Shown: in pieces, positions 14,591-27,995 of the stretch
Numbering within the stretch: the first letter of the stretch is position 1
Layout of the letters: each line of letters opens with the position of its first letter
Assembly: GCA_951406725.2 (NCBI GenBank)
Contig: OX597832.1
Coordinates: 55,800,001 to 55,864,000, forward strand
DNA from: Octopus vulgaris
Lineage: Eukaryota
Direction of reading: 5' to 3'
Length of the DNA: 64,000 bases
Position numbers and translations under genes: made by a program
The notes under the pieces: model-generated
Told to the model about the DNA's origin: nothing
The model's input: only the letters and a program-made list of their open reading frames with translations
Database searches by the model: none

Positions 14591-15651
14591 ATAACGTTAT
14601 TTACATCAATGGTGTATGGTAGGACACATCTTAATTATTTCTCTTCGTCGTAGCTTCAGATTAAATATTAATTGTTTGTTGGTTAGTACACGATTCATTT
14701 TCGAAGTTAATAGCTTCCTTCATCAGCACCGTAACTCATGCTGTTACGATGCCTGGAGAAAACCGCCGCAGTTTCGAAGTATATTTGGAATTTATGAGAC
14801 AAAGAAGAGATCTCTTGCATTACATCACGAATATTAGAAAATGCACCAGTATTTAATGTTGGATCGATGTTCTACGACCTCTGTTAACGAGACAAACTAC
14901 ATATTACTCGACACTAAAATTTAATAAGGTAATAATAGAAACACATGATATAACTGATGGTCACGGCTAGAACGCCTTTAGTTTTGATCTAGAACTAAAG
15001 AACAACGAGAAAACAAAAGCAACGTGAAAGTAGCTCTGCGGCAAGAATTTTTCTTCCCAACCACATGGTTCTGGTTGATAAATTAAGTACCAGTTGCATA
15101 CTGGGATCGATCTATTCGACTGTTTCCCGCCCACAAAATTTCGGGCCTTGTGCCTAGAGTAGAAAATAACGTTATTTACATCAATGGTGTATGGTAGGAC
15201 ACATCATAACTATTTCTCTTCGTCATAGCTTTAGATTAAATATTAATTGTTTGTTGGTTAGTACACGATTCATTTTCGAAGTTAAAAGTTTCCTTCATCA
15301 GCACCGTAACTCACGCTGTTACGATGCCTGGAGAATACCGCCGCATTTTCGAAGTATATTTGGAATTTATGAGACAAAGAAGAGATCGCTTGCATTACAT
15401 TACGAATATTAGAAAATGCACCAGTATTTAATGTTGGATCGATGTTCTACGACCTCTGTTAACGAGAGAATCTACATATTATTCGACACTAAAATTTAAT
15501 AAGGTATTAATAGAAACACATGATATAACTGATGGTCACGGCTAGAACGCCTTTAGTCTTGATCTAGAACTAAAGAACAACGAGAAAGCAAAAGCAATGT
15601 GAAATTAGCTCTGCGGTAAGAAGTTTTCTTCCCAACCACATGGTTCCGGGT
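14502..15651 (+). repeat. Tandem duplication, 575-bp unit
   Basis: 14502-15076 is nearly identical to 15077-15651; ORFs 14616 and 15191 are offset by 575. Confidence 0.95.
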
Positions 15652-15900
15652 TCAGTCCCACTGTGTGGCACCTTGGGCAAGTGTCTTCTACTATAGCCTC
15701 GGATCAACAAAAGCTTTGTGAGCAGATTTGGCAGACGGAGAGTGAAAGAAGCCTGTCGTATATATATATGTGTGCGTGTGTGTGTGTGTGTGTGTTTGTG
15801 TGTGTGTTCGTGTGTGTCTTTGTGTCTGTGGTTGTGCTCCCCAACACCACTTCACAACCGGTGTTGGTAAGTTTATATCCCCATAATTAACGTTTCGGCC
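15610..15900 (+). mobile_element. SINE family B, 3' truncated
   Basis: ccacatggttccgggttcagtccc...ccttgggcaagtgtc...(TG)n. Confidence 0.8.
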
Positions 15901-18465
15901 AAGGACAGCCACGCTTGCATCTATGGAAATTAATTAACTAAAGCCGATGTCATGGATTAACATCAACATGTCCTGCTGGTTTTAAAATGGAAGTAAAGCA
16001 CTCTGTCGAGCCCTAGGACCCATAAGGCCGCTCACCCGGTTTCCATGGTGTATAAATGGCCAAGACTACAACATCCACCCCGAACGGGATGCCAATCCGC
16101 AGCAGAGTTACCCCTTTACAGCTGAGTGGACTAGGGCAACGTGCAATAAAGTGTTTTGAAAGGCGATGCTGCAGCATGGCCGCAGTCCAATGGCTGAAGC
16201 TAGTCAACAGTTAAATTTATTATAAGCTGTATAATTAATATCTGGTGACCTGGTGACCTAACATAAATGTTGTCATAGTTATTGTTGCTGTTGTTTCATT
16301 TTGTGCCAAATATGATCGACCCTATGCTCAAATGTATTTTTGCTCATCCCTTCTTTTTCAGTTACGGTTATTATTGTAAAGTGGATTCCTGTGTGACTGC
16401 CGTTGTATTGTAGTTGCTGTTTTACGCTAGTAACCACAATAATTACTAGTCATCGGATACCGTTGTATATCTTCGCTCCGGATTATTAATACACCAACTT
16501 CTACATTACTATCGCTGATAGTTCCACAAGACACCGACTAGAACTGTCGACTCTCAACTCTCTGACGTTCGACCCTCTCTTGACGACCAGCTACTGGTTT
16601 ATTTATAATGGTTGTATCCTACCACGTTTTACTGGGAAGGGTACATAATTTCACTATACAACAGTTACGTAAGGCTAAATTATACAATATGTCCTTTCCT
16701 TTACTAAGATTTGAGAGAAACTTGGCTACTTTTTTTAACCGATCAAGCTACCACACACAAACTCCTTCATTCGTACTCTGAATGTGTAAACAATTCTTCA
16801 TAGCACTATGAAAATATAAACAATTTAATTGTTTATATTTTAGAGTATTATCTTCAATTATTAAAGCAGAGAGCTAAAGTAAATGTTATTAAAACCCTAA
16901 TATAAATGAAACGTGTGTTCCCTGTTACTATGAAACATGTGTAAATATGTAAATACGATACTTCTTTCTAAATTTGGCACAAGGCCAGCACATTTTGAGA
17001 GGTAAGGCAAGTGGATTACATTAAATGCCAGTACTTGACTGGTACTTTATTTTATCGTTGCTGAAAGGGTGAAATGCAAGATTGACTTAGGCGGGAATTG
17101 AACCCAGACCGTAAAGAACTGGAAGAAATGTTGTTAATCCCTTTGTCCAGTGTGCTAACGATTCTTGGCGTTAAATTTTGGCAAAGGACAACAACTCTTA
17201 AGGGACGGCGTAAGTCTGTTATATCGACCCCGAAGCTCAACTTGTACTTATTTTATCAATTCCAGAAGGATGAAAAGAGAAGCCAACCTCGACAGGATCT
17301 GAGCTCATTAATGCAAAGAGCCGGAAGAAATTCCGTTAAACATCATGTCCAATTTGCTAACGATTCTACCATCTCGCCACGTTATACAATCGTATTAATA
17401 CTTTTAAGTTAAACGTTTTGCCACAAGACATTCCAAGAGATAAACACCTAAGATTTCTTCACTCAACGATTCGCCGCTAGTAAGTGTTTACTGTTTAAAA
17501 AGCGAAGCAACAAAAGGTCTGTCTTTTTTTGCCTTTTCTCACTATTGACAATGTCTTGAAAAATCTATAAGATTCCGTTAGAAAAGGCTGTCATTATGCA
17601 GACGATACGGATATTTCTCGGAAAACGAAGTCTGAGAGAAAACGAAATTAAGGAAATACAAAGGAGGAAGGATAAAAGAGAGATGTAGGGGGAGGTTTGA
17701 GTGAGATGGCGGGAGATAGAAAGAGATGAAGAAAGAATGACAAAAAGAAAGAAAGAAAGAAAAAGAAAGAAGAAGGATGAAAGAAGGGAAGAAAGAAACC
17801 GTAAAGAAAGAAAGCAAGGAGGTGGTGGTGAATAAATCTATTATTCGCAGAAATTGAATGAAGGATGTAAAGAAGAAGTAAAAAAACAAGGCGAAGATAA
17901 GGAGGAGGAGGGGAGGAGGAGGAGGAAGAAGAAGGGGAGGTAGTAAAGGAGGAGGAGATCGTTAATGATAAAAACGACATCAATGATTATAAAATATGGA
18001 GAAGAAACAATAAATTAATTGTATTAAAATCGTGTATATATACTCTATAGATTCCAACACACACAACACACATACAGCACACACACAACACACACAGCAC
18101 AATGCACACACATCATACACAACACACACATACACAACACACGCGCACACATACAGCACACATGTACATGATTATGTAGATATATAGATATTTATATCTA
18201 TGTGAGTATTAATGTGTGTGCGTACGTATACATATACATACATATACATACATATTCTGTTATTCTTTCATACCTTTCGGCCCTAAAGCTATGGCCATGC
18301 TGGAGCACCGCCAAATGTGTAAATATATATATTAATGTGTGTGTGTGAATGTGTATATGTATCGTTCCTTTCTCTCTTCCTGTCTATCTCATACACACAC
18401 ACACAAAGACAAATACACACACATATATATATTTGTGTGTTTGTGTGTGTGTACGTGTATGTATG

Positions 18466-18499
<34 letters not shown>

Positions 18500-18527
18500 T
18501 GTATGTATGTATGTATGTATGGATGGA

Positions 18528-18571
<44 letters not shown>

Positions 18572-18975
18572 CATATATACACACACACAGACGTACATAT
18601 TTCTATTCACATACACACACATATACAGATATAGACAGATTGATTCATATATAGGTATACATACATGTATGGCTATATATATTCGTATATGTATGTACGT
18701 CATCGTATGTACGTCATTACATGTCATTGTATGTACGTACGTACGTACGTACGTATGTATGTACGTACGTACGTACGTATGTATGTATGTATGTATGTAT
18801 GTATGTATGTATGTATGTATGTATGTACGTACGTACGTACGTATGTATGTATGTATGTATGTATGTATGTATGTATGCATGTATGCATGTATGTATGTAT
18901 GTTTGTAGCATTCATTCAGCCGCTACTAAGTACAACAGATAGATTGTTCAATATCTTCTGAGTAATCGAGTAATT

Positions 18976-19208
18976 ATGTCTGATCGTAACAAAACCGTAG
19001 ATTGTTACAATAGATTCGACCAGTCAGCGTATATGAGGCGGAGGCGGCGGCGAGGGCGAATGCGGCGGCTGCGACGGCGAGAACGAATGCTGCGGCGGCG
19101 GCAGAGACGGCGGGCAACAGCAGCAGCAGCTGCAGCGATGGCACATTCGTTGCTGCTGCCGGCGGCGTTGTTGCTGCTGTTGTTGGTGGTGGTACTGACG
19201 AAATGCTG
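18976..19208 (+). CDS. Candidate first coding exon: Arg-rich N-terminus plus signal peptide/anchor (MAHSLLLPAALLLLLLVVVLTKC)
   Basis: GC/CpG-rich unique island; the hydrophobic stretch ends at a strong donor CTG|GTGAGT (19209). No downstream exon identified and the sequence is low-complexity. Confidence 0.35.
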
Positions 19209-19855
19209 GTGAGTAAGTAAGCGAGACTGACGGTCGCGGAAGACATGACGAAAACAATGACGACGACGACGAAGATGACGATGACGATAATGATGATGCT
19301 GATGCTGATTATGGTGGTAGTGGGGTGGTGAAACTACTGTTGCTGCTGCTGTTTGCTGCTGTTGGCGGTGACGGCGGCGATGGCGATGGCGGCGGTGAAC
19401 GGCGGTGGCGTCGTCGAAGTCGGTTACCATCTGTATTTATGACTATTCATTACGTTAATGTATCAGCTCTCGGAATATGTGTGCACTTAATAATATATTT
19501 GAGGCATTGACATGCAAAGATTTCCTTACAGCATTCATTATGATTTGTTAGCTTGGAAAATCGATAGCTTGTCGCGCTGTTCCTTGCGCCTTGTATTTCA
19601 GAATTCTTCCTTTAAAAGAGGTACTTTCGTATTGCTGGCTTCCAGCAATAATTCAAACGTGTCTAAGAATTAAAGTCGACGAATTGCAAAATTAATGTTA
19701 AGTTCCATTGGAAGCACTGATGTAGTTATAGGGAGTGTTGGCATGTGTGTGTGTGTGTTCATGTGTGTGTTCATGTGTGTGCATGTGTGTGTGTGTATGT
19801 GTGTGTGTTCGTGTGTAGTATGTGTGCATGAAAGTTTGGTATGTATATGTATGTA

Positions 19856-19903
<48 letters not shown>

Positions 19904-19960
19904 CATACAAATAATACATATATACATACATATATATATGTGTATGTATATATGTATATA

Positions 19961-19996
<36 letters not shown>

Positions 19997-21169
19997 TGTA
20001 TGTATGTATGTATATGTATATGTATATATATATGTGTGTGTGTGTGTGTATATATGTATATGTATATACATATATGTCGAAAACCATAGAAACACACGGT
20101 AGCAGATACATACACATTCATGCATACACGCACATATGTATGCTTATATATAATAAATGTATACACATACTTATGTATGTACACATGTGTGTGTACATGT
20201 ACAAGTCTATATATATATTATATTTTTTATATTTATATATATAATTTATATACATATAATCTAGATACACACACACATAAATAGACATATATATACATAT
20301 ACATATATACATATACATATATACATATACATATATACATATACATATATACATATACATATATACATATACATATATACATATACATATATACATATAC
20401 ATATATACATATACATATATACATATACATATATTCATTCATACATACACTCACACACACACACACATACACACATAGACACATATATATAAGCACTTAC
20501 ATCTATTCACACGTATATACATTAATTTACCGGATGCATTATACGCCACGCGAAAATATTAATCTACGATAAAGGCATGTTATTATCTATAAGCGAGCAT
20601 TTAATGTGTTTTATGATCGAATTTAGCTGATGTTTACCACAAGGCATTATACAGCGAAACGTACGTAGACAATACACATACACACATACATACATACATA
20701 CATACATACATACATACATACATACATACATACATACATACATACATACATACGTACGTACGTACATACGTACATACATACATACATACATACAAATGTG
20801 TTTGTGTGTGTTCATACGTTATCGTATCTGAGCGCTAAAACAGGTACAAGTTTTGTGATTACATAATTTAAGAATATTGTGGCAGACTTTATGCCCGTCC
20901 TGTACAATGTTACTCGATAGACAGTTATTATATTTATTGACCACGACGAACTTAGTGTCTTAATCGTTGGTCAGTAATAGTGTAGTTAATAAAATGTGTT
21001 ATGGTATGTTGCTGTTTCTATTTCGTCGATAGTTTGTGATGGCGGCTGTTTAATAAATCATGATTGTACCTTAGTGAGTGCGGTCTTGTATCTAGTTGGT
21101 TTATTATACGTAGGTGTACAGAGCTCTGTTGAATGTTTATGTAACCACCAATACTCTATATACAGCGAG

Positions 21170-21495
21170 GGTGAAGGCGCGTGGCTTAGTGGTTAGGGTA
21201 TTCGGCTCACGATTGTGAGGTCGTGAGTTCAATTCTCGGCGACGCGTTGTGGCCTTTGAGCAAGACACTTTATTTCACGTTTCTCCAGTCCACTCAGCTG
21301 GCAAAAATGAGTTGTACCTGTATTTCAAAAGGCCGGCTTTGTCACACTCTGTGTCACGCTTAATCTCCCCGAGAACTACGTTAGGGGTACACGTGTCTGT
21401 GGATTGCTCAGTCACTTGTACGTTAATTTCACGAGCAAGCTGTTCCGTTGATCGGATCAACTGGAACCCTCATCGTCGTAACCGACGGAGTGCTT
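21170..21495 (+). mobile_element. tRNA-derived SINE, family C-related
   Basis: A box TGGCTTAGTGG, B box GAGTTCAATTCT; 3' body matches 4646-4822. Confidence 0.85.
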
Positions 21496-22063
21496 CTTAT
21501 ATAGAGCGAGGGAACTAGTACGTTATCGTTTAATCTACTCGAAATAGCAGCTAAATATTCCTAATATTACACTCTCTTGATTATTTTCCTCTCCAATGGT
21601 CCATTGGTACTTTTTTATCGACCCTGAATGGCTGAAAGGTAAAGTCGACCACGGTGAAATTTGAACTCACAATGTAAAACCTGAAGAACTACCGCTAAGC
21701 GTCTTGTGCAGCGTTCAAGCGATTCTGTTAGCTCGCCGCCTTAAACGTTTTAGGAAGAACTCGTTCATGATATGGAAAATAATGTAACATTTTTCTACTT
21801 GATTTTTGTATCCGGTTTGCAAGATTCTTTATGTGAATTCGTGTGCTGAAGCAAATTTTGCTGTGTCTAGGGAGAATCATATTGTCTTAATGTTTTATCA
21901 TCTAACACACTCACCGGTTCGATTTCCACTTATTTATCATTTATATTTTCTCCCAAAATTTTCTTTGCTTTTGCAACCTTGTCAATGGATGTTGACTCTC
22001 AGACATAACATTTTAAAAATTATATTTTTGCTCAGTCAGGGCTGTATTTGGTTTTACTAGTAC

Positions 22064-22246
22064 TTGCGGTGGAATATACCCGGGGTAGGTTAAGTCGACT
22101 CCGATCAACGATTTCACCATTTGTCCCTCACAAATGCTGACCACATCCGACAAATTTGACAAATGCCCCACTGGAAGAGCAAGCGCGTCGGTTAGCACGA
22201 ACTCCGTAGCCGTAGCCGTCATTCGCTGGTGGGGTGTAGAGGTCAT
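22064..22246 (-). CDS. Candidate first coding exon, 61 aa, possibly an extracellular receptor N-terminus
   Basis: Unique, more GC-rich segment; AG acceptor at 22411-22412, ATG at 22246, GT at 22063 (weak donor GTACTA); contains an NLS glycosylation sequon. Confidence 0.3.
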
Positions 22247-24088
22247 GTTCGGAGTGTCAGTGGTAACACAAATTCAATTTTTATCCCTGGTCACATGCAT
22301 ATGCACTTTGGGGATAGTGTGATCTGTAGCAGCTCATTTTGCCGTCGATTGTCGACCATCGCAGAGGATTCGCTGACCAAGTCACTGCCGATTATCAGAA
22401 CAGATGAAACCTGGATTTGAAGCAGGTTCTAGAGAATGTTTTAACAAAAGCGAAGACATGCCTTGTTCTAAAGAAGTACAAACATTTCTGAATTAATTTG
22501 TCTTGTCTGTTTAATTAAGTCATTTGTCTATCACTGCATGAGGTATGTACAGTCTTATTGATTAATTTACTTGCACTGTTATGTCCTCAAGTATTACATT
22601 AAATGCCGGATTAGAGAACTGATTATGAATTGTTCAATGGTTTGTTAATGTTCATAGGAAATCATCTCTTCATTTATAAAGGATCTCTCAGCCCTCCAAC
22701 AGGAAGTCGTTACATCCTGTATATCCGTCTTCTTTTACAACAGCGAAAGCTCTAAGCAAACCAAGTCAACGAGGAAACCTATATATGATTGCTAGAGCTA
22801 TTAGAAATAGCAACAAAAATCTCCCTCAGATTATACTCTAGCATCTCAAAAAAAGAAAAGAAAGACACATTAATGTAATCTTGGACAGACATTGCCAGAA
22901 AACAAACTGGATGGTTACGACGGAAATGCTTTTAATTATTGGTTTGTCCAATCAGAACTGAAGAGAGAGAATCACTGCTACAGCCGCCATTAACATCACC
23001 ACTACAATCACCATCAGTACCACTACCACTACTACTACCACTGCTATCATCATCACCACCGCCTCTAATACTTCTACTAAGACTACCACTACCAGCAACA
23101 ATACCTACGAAAGCTACATTGAATTGAATGAAATTCAAAGGCGACAACCGTAGAAAAAAGCAAACACTTTGAATATCCACAAGCTTAGAGCATCTCAGTG
23201 CATAAAGACAACATGAATCAGGAGCGTACAGACACCAGACGACAACAAACGTTTCCATTAATGCGTACTAAAAAACAAAACGGAACTATTAGTACTGCCA
23301 TTACACTATGTTGCACGCTTTTTATTGCCGTGTGGTGTTATTTGTTAATTGTATGTGCCGAGAAAGTAGAGAAAATAGTTATTATTCAGTTCATACTTTG
23401 CTTTTGTGACTTGCATAACGATATTTCAAAATGCATCCATTTTGTAAAGGAAAATAAGCGAATTTGAACATTTTCATTCATATTAGCTCAGAAAAAAACC
23501 CCTAACAATATGAGAATAAAATTTAACATGCATTTATGCCCAGGGCCGTTGCCTGGGAGTTTGACAGGTCTGGGGAACCAATTCTAATCTATATATGTTG
23601 TAGGTTGCTGTCAATAAGATATAATATAAAATCTAGTGTCTTGATTAACCCGAGGCCCTACAAAACTGCCAAGACTGTCTTCTTTATACTTTGGGTATGC
23701 AAAAGTAAGCTGTGTCTTGGTGTACAATTAAAAAGAGTATTCAGTTACTGAAATATCACCACAGAATTGAAATAAATCTGTCTGATTCTTCTCCTGCTTA
23801 CGAAGAAGTAATGAATATATCTATTATACAGAGATTTTGCTAAAAAAATCGATGGAGATATTCATTAGCACAGTATCAAAATTATTTTTATACAACTCAA
23901 TACTGAAAATTACTTTCATGTGATTAAAAGCTTCTCTCGTGACATTCATATGATGATAAAATAAGAAACAAGGCTGCTTCTTCAGATAGCAATCTGTTCC
24001 AGCAAGACTCTGTCATAACTTACTGACGTACAACAGACTAAGCATGTGAGAAAATGTAACACGCTTGGGCTGCTCTCTATACAAACTA

Positions 24089-24654
24089 TTGGGTTGTCCG
24101 GAAAGTTCGTGCCGATTTATAGTAGCTTACCTTTCGACTTATTTTAGAACATGGTTGAGTCCATAAAATAGGATTTGACTACACCTCCATTTAGAGCACA
24201 GTTTAAGCTATCTTTTCGTGGAAGAAGATTTATGTTCCTATAACCTGTGTTAATTCTGTAACCCTTTTAAATGGAAGATAAGAAAGTTCATTTTTGGCAC
24301 TTGATGCTTTGGGAACCAGACAAAAATTGCTGCAGCTCGGCTGGGATGTGTTACCCCACCCTCCATATTCACCAGATATTGTTCCTTCGGATTTCCACTT
24401 ATTCAAGTCTCTGCAAAATAGTCTTAATGGTAAAAATTTCAATTCCTTGGATGACGTAAAAAGATACCTTGATGAATTCTTTGCCATGAAACCACCTCAA
24501 TTCTGGGAAGAGGGTATTTTCAAGTTAAAGGAAAGATGGAGACGAATTGTGCAACAAAATGGTTCATATTTGGTTGATTAAAAATGTAATGGCAAGTATT
24601 TATTGACCTTTTTCTTTCCTTTAAAAATCGGCATGAACTTTCCGGACAACCCAA
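24089..24654 (+). mobile_element. Internally deleted mariner (Tc1/mariner) transposon
   Basis: 30-bp TIRs ttgggttgtccggaaagttc(g/a)tgccgattt, TA flanks; N-terminal MEDKKVHF joined to C-terminal HPPYSPDIVPSDFHLF...NGSYLVD. Confidence 0.96.
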
Positions 24655-24829
24655 TATATGATAAACAGCTGTATGTCTCAGTGTACACAGTGGTCCTCAA
24701 CTATGCAGAGATGTGGTATATCTCATCCACTGGGTTCTAGGACTGCAACCCGTTGCTTCACTGTGCTGTAGTTATGCCTGAGCAAGTCTGATGTGAATTA
24801 TAGAGCAACCAAAGGTTTGCAGTTCTGTT

Positions 24830-25620
24830 ACAGTCCTAAAAAGACTTGGACGAGCCGGTACAGTGGAAGACTCATTGCATAAGGTGGCTCGGCGCTGCCG
24901 ATATCTGAGCAGAAGAATAAAGGTTCAAATCTTCAGTTCCCTAGTCCTCCCTCTCTTGATCTACAGTTACGAGATTTGGACACCGCCTGGAGCCGTTAGG
25001 GCCAGCCCGAATTCCTTTGGTACCAGAACTCAAGATTATGAGCAACCGTTGGTCGGATTTCGTATCCAACCAGCGACTCTTTTCAGAAACTATGATGCGT
25101 ACTGTTACGTGTATGATTTTGGGGGTGGGGGTCAGCTTAGACCAGTGGTTGTCAACTGGAATCTTTATGACTCTTGGGGTTCACATAGGATTTTGTTGGT
25201 AAAATTCATGTCCGATATATTCCTGGTTATATTCCTACGATACACAAAACATTTTAACATTTTTTTAAATAGAATTCTTAATAATATTTAATTATAAAAA
25301 TGTATCAGGGTATTTTAAACATCGAATGGTTATGAGAGTCTGTCTGAGTAAAATTGGAATCAAAAGGTTCCATAGCCAAAAAAAAAAAAATGGTTGAGAA
25401 ACCCTTCTTAGACTGTTTGGTCGTGTTGCTCAATTTTCCGAGTTAGATCTTGAATATTGTGTTCTCTTCCCTGTTGATCCAACTGGGGTGACGGCTCTTG
25501 TTGGTCAGTCCAAGTATCATGGTCACGGCGGATGAGGAAGTATTTTGCGGAGATGGGAGCTAAAACACAATCGGAGAATTGCCCTGGACACTCGAGCATA
25601 CCCCCATATCTGACCTGACC
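24830..25620 (+). pseudogene. Decayed RTE-clade LINE 3' region, interrupted by a MITE
   Basis: Across frames: RCRYLSRRIKVQIFSSLVLPLLIYSYEIW...RWSDFVSNQRL...QLR|LFGRVAQF; ends in ctgacctgac. Confidence 0.85.
25143..25405. mobile_element. hAT-type MITE
   Basis: Imperfect TIRs cagtggttgtcaac / gttgagaaaccct; flanking (g/t)cttagac duplication; removing it restores the RTE QLRLFG frame. Confidence 0.8.
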
Positions 25621-25639
25621 GGATACAGGAATAACTATC

Positions 25640-26289
25640 CATCCATCATCTCCGCCGACAACTCCTAGGAGAATCGTTGGGGGAAAATTCGTCAGATACA
25701 TCTTAGCGGAAGCAATCATCATTACTATTTCCGGCTGGTTTCCCAAATGTGACAAATGGATACTATGAATATTACCCATCCATTTAATCCTTGGTCAACC
25801 ATTAGGTCTCCTTCAGATCTGCTTAGCTTGAATAATCCGTCATGTAATTCTTTCCTGTGACACCCTAACCACATGTTCATAGTCCTGGAGCTGTGATCTG
25901 TCAATGAGGAAAAGGAGTGGCTCAACCTGGAGAGACACCCTGATATCCAATCTATGCCCCCTGACAAGTAAAGGTTGCTCCTGAGATCCTTCAGAGGAAT
26001 CCTCATTTTGGCCACTTGTATTCGTGGTCATACTCTTTTGGTCATTACCCAACATTCATAACCATAGACGAAGATAAGTACGAAAGCCGAATTGAAGATT
26101 GTAAATTTGGCTTTTTCTTTCTTTTTTTTTAACCAAGGCGCAGGAGTGGCTGTGTGGTAAGTAGCTTGCTTACCAACCACATGGTTCTGGGTTCATTTCC
26201 ACTGCGTGACACCTTGGGCAAGTATCCTCGGGCCGACCAAAGCCTTGTGAGTGGATTTGGTAGACGGAAACTGAAAGAAGCCCATCATA

Positions 26290-26358
<69 letters not shown>

Positions 26359-26381
26359 ATGTGTGTGTGTGTGTGTGTGTG

Positions 26382-26424
<43 letters not shown>

Positions 26425-26890
26425 CATACATATACATGTGTGTGTGTGTGTGTGTGTGTATGTTTGTATGTCTGCGTTTGTCTCCCCCCACATCACTTGA
26501 CAACCGAAGCTGGTGTGTTTACGTCCCCGTAACTTAGCGGTTCGGCAAAAGAAACCGATAGAATAAGTACTATGCTTACAAAGAATAAGTCCTGGGGTCG
26601 ATTTGCTCGACTAAAGGCGGTGATCCAGCATGGCCGCAGTCAAATGACTGAAACAAGTAAAAGAGTAAAAGAGTAAACCTCTCTTTTTCTTAGGCTCGAA
26701 CGCTGGAGCTGGCGCATTATTGCACCAGCACCTGGAATTCTAGCACCCAATCCACCCTCCTGCTTCCCATCACTCGTAAATACGGTCCCAAGACGCTTAA
26801 ACTTTTCCAATTGCCTCGGTGATGTTCCACTGATATGTAAAAGTGCATCGGATCGACTTTTTCGATGGGACCGGTGTCTCATGTCTTCGC
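25640..26890 (-). pseudogene. Decayed RTE LINE (Rex3/Expander-like), interrupted by a SINE
   Basis: QLEKFKRLGTVFTSDGKQE...KAKFTIFNSAFVLIFVYGYECWVMTKR...DIRVSLQVEPLLFLIDRSQL, matching the Rex3-type post-RT region from memory. Confidence 0.8.
26137..26676 (+). mobile_element. SINE family B, full length with expanded internal microsatellite
   Basis: Complete head, (TA)n/(TG)n spacer, (gtaaaaga)n tail. Confidence 0.9.
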
Positions 26891-27397
26891 AACGTCAAGT
26901 CTAATCTTAAAAACTATGTTTAAGAATTCAGAAAACAAAACAAATAAAAAAAATTTTAAAAACCAGAAAAAATACCGTTAACAGATGTCTAGTATTGCTA
27001 CACACCACCTCACAAAAACTCATTAAATTTCAGTTTACATTTCGACTGGCGTATTTATTAAAAGACTTGTTGAAAAACTTATATAATTAATAATTCAGAT
27101 TTGGTAATTATTTAGTGTTCCACTTCTTCGAATCTAGGACATGAATGTTTTTCTCATTTTCTACGTTTTTTGTTTGTTTTTTTTCTCCACTGTGAGTGGA
27201 TATCTATAAATACATATCGTCCTATATAAATAAGGTCGGAAGAGATTTTTTCGCTTCTGCCAATAACTAAGGTTTTAGGTTATTTGTACTCTATGTTGTA
27301 AAAGAAATGACTGACTCCCATGATATCCTTAGGAGGAAAGATAAAACCTGGGTGTTTGTATAAGGCTATTATAATTGATATTTGACGTAAATTATTT

Positions 27398-27995
27398 GGC
27401 GGCGAGCTGGCAGAAGCGTTAGCACGTCGGGAGAAATGCTTAGCAGTATTTCGTCTGCCGTTACGTTCTGAGTTCAAATTCCGCCGAGGTCAACTTTGCC
27501 TTTCATCCTTTCGGGGTCGATAAATTAAGTACCAGTTACGCACTGGTGTCGATATAATCGACTTAATCCGTTTGTCTGTCCTTGTTTGTCCTCTCTGTGT
27601 GTAGCCCCTTGTGGGCAGTAAAGAAATAGAAATAGGTATTTCGTCTGCCGCTACGTTCTGAGTTCAAATTCCGCCAAGGTCGATATTGCCTTTCATCCTT
27701 TCGGGGTCGATTAAATAAGTACCAGTTACGCACTGGTGTCGATATAATCGACTTAATCCGTTTGTCTGTCCTTGTTTGTCCTCTCTGTGTGTAACCCCTT
27801 GTGGGCAGTAAAGAAATAGGTATTTCGTCTGCCGCTACGTTCCGAGTTCAAATTCCGACGAGGTCGACTTTGGCTTTCATACTTTCTATTAAATAAGTAC
27901 CAGTTACGCACTGGAGTCGATGTAATCGACTTAAACCCTTTGTCTGTCCTTGTTTATCCCCTCTATGTTTAGCCCCCTGTGGACAATAAAGAAGT
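27398..27995 (+). mobile_element. SINE family A trimer
   Basis: Head plus three bodies with ~184-bp period; junction gaaata|ggtatttcgtctgcc. Confidence 0.9.

Noticed and set aside
14616-15412. Two paralogous 73-aa ORFs
   Set aside because: By-product of the 575-bp duplication; no recognisable protein features.
19005-19430. 141-aa minus-strand His/Arg-rich ORF
   Set aside because: Low-complexity trinucleotide product; the plus-strand reading has better splice support.
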